A stretch of DNA of 10,885 bases from assembly GCA_043812975.1 (NCBI GenBank), contig JBDRLP010000045.1, positions 1 through 10,885 on the forward strand. The letters are read 5' to 3'. Source of the DNA: Candidatus Iainarchaeum sp. GTDB lineage: Archaea > Iainarchaeota > Iainarchaeia > Iainarchaeales > Iainarchaeaceae. The notes beneath the pieces are model-generated. The model saw only the letters and a program-made list of their open reading frames with translations. It searched no databases and had not been told where the DNA came from. Within the stretch, counting starts at the first letter, position 1. The number at the start of each line of letters is the position of its first letter. Below, piece by piece: positions 7,738 to 10,885 of the stretch. Made by a program: the position numbers and the translations under genes.

Positions 7738-8313
7738 ATGGAAATTGAAAAAGCAGTAAAAGAAATTCGTGAAGGTAAAATAGTTGCTTTTCCGACAGAA
7801 ACAAGTTATGGTTTGGCGTGTGATCCATTTAATGAAAAAGCAATTCGAAAATTACATGAATTAAAAAAAGAGCCTTTGGATAAGCCTGTGCTTTTGATTG
7901 TTGCTTCAAAACAAATGATTGATGAAATAGCTGAACTTGGGAAAAACGGGTCTAAACTTGTTGAGAAATTTATGCCTGGACCACTTACTTTAATTGCAAA
8001 AAAGAAAAAAATGGTACCTGATTTTTTGTGCAAGGAAAAGGTTGCATTCAGGATTTCTTCAAACGAAATTGCAAATCAACTTTCAAGAAAATTTGGAAAA
8101 TCTATTACAGGAACAAGTGCTAACCTGCACGGGAAACCCCCTGCTTTTTCAGGAGAAGAAGTAAAAAAATATTTTGGAGAAGAAATGCTTTTGATTGATT
8201 CGGGAACACTTCCAAAAACAGAAGCAAGCACGATTTATAATTTGGAAGAAATGAAAATCGTGAGAGAAGGCTCTATAAGTGAAAAGGAAATTAGGAAAGT
8301 TTTAGAAAGTTAA
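7738..8313 (+). CDS. tsaC: L-threonylcarbamoyladenylate synthase, single-domain TsaC/YrdC type (no SUA5 C-terminal domain)
   Basis: IVAFPTETSYGL, PGPLTLI, VAFRI, TSANLHG, ASTI, REG-I; 191 aa. Confidence 0.93.
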   Translation: MEIEKAVKEIREGKIVAFPTETSYGLACDPFNEKAIRKLHELKKEPLDKPVLLIVASKQMIDEIAELGKNGSKLVEKFMPGPLTLIAKKKKMVPDFLCKEKVAFRISSNEIANQLSRKFGKSITGTSANLHGKPPAFSGEEVKKYFGEEMLLIDSGTLPKTEASTIYNLEEMKIVREGSISEKEIRKVLES

Positions 8314-8345
8314 AAAGATTTTTAGAAAAGTGGTTTTTGTATTAA

Positions 8346-8729
8346 CTAAACCATAGTTATTTCTTCAAGTCTTTTTGCAGTGAGTTTTGCAAGAGGCAGA
8401 ATCAATAAACTTTTTATGACTCTTGGCTTGACATTCTTCCCTTTCTTTTCAAGTTTAACTATACTGAATTTTTCCAAAAGTTCAAGGTCACGTGTCACCG
8501 CACTCAACCTCCTGCCAACTAGTTCGCTCAACGCAGAAACATTCGCAGGCTTGTTCTTTTGAATAACTCTCACCAATTCAAGTCTTTTTTTTGTAAAGAG
8601 CTGCGTCATTTCCTCATCTGACAAACTCACAAGAGTAGCTCTGTCGGGATATTTAGCTGGATTTTCCCAGACCTGATTAAGGAAAAGTCTAAACGCATTC
8701 CATTTTTCATTCGTGAGCTTATTCTCCAT
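8346..8729 (-). CDS. Winged-HTH DNA-binding protein (HVO_A0114/MarR-like), putative antitoxin/autorepressor
   Basis: FTKKRLELV--I----P--VSALSELVGR-LSAVTRDLELLEK--IV-LEK-GK---P pattern. Start at ATG 8729 after SD-like AGGAGATGA; overlaps the upstream gene's stop. Confidence 0.75.
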   Translation of the reverse strand: MENKLTNEKWNAFRLFLNQVWENPAKYPDRATLVSLSDEEMTQLFTKKRLELVRVIQKNKPANVSALSELVGRRLSAVTRDLELLEKFSIVKLEKKGKNVKPRVIKSLLILPLAKLTAKRLEEITMV

Positions 8730-9063
8730 ACTCATCATCTCCTTGGGTTTTATCCAAATAATACCATTTATATCTTTTAAAATTTTCTTGTAATTTATCA
8801 AAATAAAAATTATAAGTATCGTTAAGATCTCTTCCAATAAAAGCAACAGATATTGGTTTATGACTCACCCAATAGCATTGCTCATGTAAAAAACCATGAG
8901 CAGTGTCAACCCTATAAACTTCCTGAAAGTGACCTTCAACAAGAGTTCTATAATTCAATGAAAATTCAACCACCTTATTTTTTTCCATTTTCAACTTCAC
9001 ATCCAGTAAATCTATTTGAGTTAAGGATAGAGTAAACTTCTTCCACTTCAGCAAAAAAACCAC
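8719..9063 (-). CDS. DUF7718/DUF6516 (TumE)-like protein, putative toxin; start codon uncertain (GTG 9063 or TTG 9054)
   Basis: Beta-rich N-half (VVEFSLNY), EVYRVDTAHGFLH matching the R-x-D-x-x-H-G-x-x-H motif, C-terminal helix ENFKRY; coupled to a wHTH gene. Confidence 0.65.
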   Translation of the reverse strand: MVFLLKWKKFTLSLTQIDLLDVKLKMEKNKVVEFSLNYRTLVEGHFQEVYRVDTAHGFLHEQCYWVSHKPISVAFIGRDLNDTYNFYFDKLQENFKRYKWYYLDKTQGDDEYGE

Positions 9064-9072
9064 ACAGCATAG

Positions 9073-9089
9073 TATACATTAAATGTATA
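9073..9089. promoter_or_regulatory. Perfect palindrome, putative operator of the TA-like operon
   Basis: TATACATT-A-AATGTATA, lying between the minus-strand TATA (TTAAAATA, 9101-9094) and the gene start. Confidence 0.65.
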
Positions 9090-9093
9090 ATGT

Positions 9094-9101
9094 TATTTTA
9101 A
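9094..9101 (-). promoter_or_regulatory. Putative TATA box of the TA-like operon
   Basis: Minus strand reads CCTTAAAATAAC, about 30 nt upstream of 9070. Confidence 0.5.
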
Positions 9102-9128
9102 GGTTAACCAAAAAATCCTATAATCCGG

Positions 9129-9416
9129 TTAATCATTCCAATCCTCCAATTCGAGAACCTCGGCATCTATGCCAAGCTTTGCTAACTCACGTTCAGCCTC
9201 AGTTTTTGATGTATTTTTGAACAACATTAAATCATACAAACCAACATCATACTCCCAACCATTATCACAAAGTTTTTGAAGAGAATCTGCTATTTCGTAC
9301 ATTCTTGATTTCAGTTCATCCCCTTTTGATTTGATTGTTTCAGGATTAACTTTTCCTTCGAATTCCCACTCTGGTTTCCCAAAAAGAAACAGATTAATTT
9401 CGGCCGTTTTTTCCAT
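9129..9416 (-). CDS. Hypothetical acidic protein, 95 aa
   Basis: Strong SD GAGGGGTG (9429-9422) 5 nt before the ATG; globular-looking composition; non-overlapping placement. Confidence 0.8.
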   Translation of the reverse strand: MEKTAEINLFLFGKPEWEFEGKVNPETIKSKGDELKSRMYEIADSLQKLCDNGWEYDVGLYDLMLFKNTSKTEAERELAKLGIDAEVLELEDWND

Positions 9417-9428
9417 TCAAACACCCCT

Positions 9429-9560
9429 CTGCAGATGAATACGGTCTCTTATGCTCGCTCATTAAAGAAAGAATATATGAATTATAAAGCTCACGAGACC
9501 TCTGTGCCGGTGCGGATTTCCAATTGTTTTTAGGTCTGGCACCGGCAATGGAGTCTGCAA
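9429..9560. ncRNA. Candidate structured RNA (three-way junction), family unknown, strand unresolved
   Basis: Nested stems TGCAGA(9430-35)/TCTGCA(9554-59), GGTCTC(9443-48)/GAGACC(9495-9500) and TGCCGGTGC(9505-13)/GCACCGGCA(9539-47) in an AT-rich intergenic region. Confidence 0.55.
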
Positions 9561-9563
9561 TGT

Positions 9564-9572
9564 TATTTAAAT
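9564..9572. promoter_or_regulatory. Putative (possibly bidirectional) TATA box between divergent units
   Basis: TATTTAAAT with palindromic TTTAAA core (9566-9571), ~30 nt before ATG 9604 on the plus strand. Its context matches the 9089-9101 promoter at 12/13 nt. Confidence 0.45.
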
Positions 9573-9603
9573 TATTCAATTAAAAAAATTTAATCGAGTA
9601 TGA

Positions 9604-9834
9604 ATGAAACAAAAAGGCAGGATTCCGAGAACAAATGCAGCGATTATACTATTATCTTTGACAATTATCGGCACAATCCTTATTGTTTACCCGCTGCTGG
9701 ACAAGCCAATCGGAATAGATTTATATGGGTTCATCCTAATATTATTCGTGATTGTATTAGCACTTCTGGATTTTGCGGGAGTGAACATTACAAAAGCAAT
9801 AAAGCGCATTAAGAAAATGGGGAAACCAAAATGA
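9604..9834 (+). CDS. Small two-TM membrane protein with basic termini, 76 aa
   Basis: Two hydrophobic stretches (AAIILLSLTIIGTILIVYPLL; LYGFILILFVIVLALLDFAGV) with Lys/Arg-rich ends; ATGA overlap with the next ORF. Confidence 0.75.
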   Translation: MKQKGRIPRTNAAIILLSLTIIGTILIVYPLLDKPIGIDLYGFILILFVIVLALLDFAGVNITKAIKRIKKMGKPK

Positions 9835-9962
9835 AAGAAAAACTTGGAGTAGGAGCAATAACCGTTTCAGGAGCCATTATCGGCGGTTTAGCTACAGGTG
9901 GAGCAGGTGGTGTACTTGTTGGAGCAGCTCTTGCATATTTAGTGGAAAACAGCAATTATTAA
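9831..9962 (+). CDS. 43-aa glycine-zipper hydrophobic peptide (not in the supplied ORF track)
   Basis: MKEKLGVGAITVSGAIIGGLATGGAGGVLVGAALAYLVENSNY*. ATGA coupling to the upstream gene; GGA/GGT/GCA codon periodicity in this frame. Confidence 0.7.
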   Translation: MKEKLGVGAITVSGAIIGGLATGGAGGVLVGAALAYLVENSNY

Positions 9963-10043
9963 TAAAAAAAACTAATTCTAAAATTTAAGGCAAATGAACA
10001 AAATAATAAACATTTCACAAACTAATTTTAACCGAGTGAGAAA

Positions 10044-10885
10044 ATGATTTGTTTAGGAATCGAGTCAACGGCCCATACCTGCGGAATAGGAATAATGAAT
10101 GAAAAAGGAGAAGTTCTTGCTAATGAGAGGAAATCTTTTACAACAGAAGAAGGGGGAATGATTCCAAGAGAACTGGCAGAGCACCATGTGGAAAAGTTTC
10201 CTGAAATTTTGAAAAATGCATTTGAAAAAGCAAAACTTAGTTGGAAGGATATTGATTGTGTTTCTTATAGTGCTGGCCCAGGAATGGGACCTGCATTAAG
10301 TACTGGCGCAACACTCGCAAGAATGCTGTCACTTCTACATAATAAACCTTTGGTTGCTGTAAATCACTGCGTTGCCCATATCGAAATAGGAAAAGAAAAA
10401 ACAGGTTGCAAAGATCCTCTTGTACTTTATGTTTCCGGCGGAAACTCGCAAATAATTGGTTATGAAACTGGAAAGTATAGAGTTTATGGAGAAACTCTTG
10501 ATATCGGCGTTGGAAATTTATTGGATTCTTTTGGAAGAGCAATGGGACTTGGTTTTCCTGCAGGCCCAGTGATTGACAAAATGTATTTTGAAGCAAAGAA
10601 TTACATTGAACTCCCTTATTCTGTAAAAGGAATGGATTTGAATTTTTCTGGTTTGCTTACAAATGCAAAACAGAAAATCGGAAAAGAAAATGAAACTGAT
10701 TTGGCTTATTCTTTGATGCATACGTGTTTTGCGATGCTTACTGAAGTAACGGAGAGAGCACTTGCACACACAGAGAAAAAGGAAGTTCTGCTCGTGGGCG
10801 GAGTTGCTGCTTCAAAAGCACTGCAGAAAATGATTGGAGAAATGTGTGAAGATCGCAAAGTAAAAATGTTTGTGTGTCCTGTGCC
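10044..10885 (+). CDS. kae1: tRNA N6-adenosine threonylcarbamoyltransferase Kae1/TsaD (KEOPS subunit), truncated by the window end
   Basis: Manual translation gives MICLGIESTAHT, GPGMGPAL, VNHCVAHIE (HxxxH), LYVSGGNSQ, GETLDIGVGNLLD, LPYSVKGMDLNFSG, ERALAH, GGVAA. SD-like GAGTGAG at 10034-10040. Confidence 0.97.
   Translation, partial: MICLGIESTAHTCGIGIMNEKGEVLANERKSFTTEEGGMIPRELAEHHVEKFPEILKNAFEKAKLSWKDIDCVSYSAGPGMGPALSTGATLARMLSLLHNKPLVAVNHCVAHIEIGKEKTGCKDPLVLYVSGGNSQIIGYETGKYRVYGETLDIGVGNLLDSFGRAMGLGFPAGPVIDKMYFEAKNYIELPYSVKGMDLNFSGLLTNAKQKIGKENETDLAYSLMHTCFAMLTEVTERALAHTEKKEVLLVGGVAASKALQKMIGEMCEDRKVKMFVCPV

Noticed and set aside
8730..8846. N-terminal 39 codons of the 166-aa ORF-track call 8346..8846
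   Set aside because: They overlap the upstream gene extensively; the SD-like site and coupling favour ATG 8729.
9443..9500. Inward-facing GGTCTC/GAGACC look like BsaI cloning sites
   Set aside because: They form one of three nested stems in otherwise natural sequence, and there is no vector or synthetic context.
9544..9560. GGCAATGGAGTCTGC resembles the 5' half of a fluoride (crcB) riboswitch
   Set aside because: The downstream pseudoknot partner (…TGAC(T/G)CC) and second hairpin are missing, and no fluoride-related gene is adjacent.
9429..9560. Retron msr-msd, IS200/IS605 end or bridge-RNA interpretation of the structured element
   Set aside because: No reverse transcriptase, TnpA/TnpB or IS110 recombinase lies in the window, and the closing stem is only 6-7 bp.
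9394..9812. ORF-track calls 9394..9579(-) and 9600..9812(+)
   Set aside because: No recognisable features. The first runs through the structured element and into the 95-aa gene; the second is an alternative frame of the better-supported 2-TM gene.
8320..9983. Imperfect inverted similarity at the islet edges (TTTTAGAA...TATTAA at 8320-8345 vs reverse complement of 9959-9983) as possible terminal inverted repeats
   Set aside because: Almost pure A/T, gapped, with no target-site duplication or transposase; explainable by terminator-like T tracts.
9969..10031. Direct repeat AAACTAATT(C/T)TAA at 9969-9981 and 10019-10031
   Set aside because: Only two low-complexity copies; not a CRISPR array and not distinguishable from chance by eye.
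401..10769. Antisense ORFs over housekeeping and islet genes (e.g. 1051..1338, 4564..4875, 6717..7352, 8380..8562, 8853..9035, 10237..10596)
   Set aside because: Shadow ORFs, mostly with the Phe/Ser/Leu-rich composition expected from the reverse complement of A-rich coding strands.

Overview
AT-rich archaeal genomic window, most consistent with a DPANN-type archaeon (lineage is inference). Positions 113-7184 are the conserved archaeal information-processing gene string rpl7ae-rps28e-rpl24e-ndk-[dut]-infB(aIF5B)-rps6e-eif2g-PIN-rpoE1-spt4-rps24e-rps27ae. A dUTPase is inserted after ndk, and the DUF359 gene usually found after spt4 is absent. A CPBP (CAAX/Abi) intramembrane protease and a single-domain TsaC/YrdC follow. 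kae1 (tsaD) starts at 10044 and runs off the window. Between tsaC and kae1 lies a ~1.7 kb accessory islet containing: a minus-strand DUF7718/DUF6516(TumE)-like plus wHTH putative toxin-antitoxin pair with a palindromic operator; a 95-aa orphan gene; a GC-rich ~130-nt three-way-junction element of unknown identity; and a plus-strand pair of a 2-TM protein and an unannotated 43-aa glycine-zipper peptide. Other notable signals are a tandem kink-turn covering the rpl7ae Shine-Dalgarno site, a ~20-25 nt DNA repeat embedded in frame in the tails of RpoE1 and eS24, a Cys-free eL24, and a KxR->KxE change in TsaC. All family calls come from motif recognition by eye; no searches or folding calculations were run.
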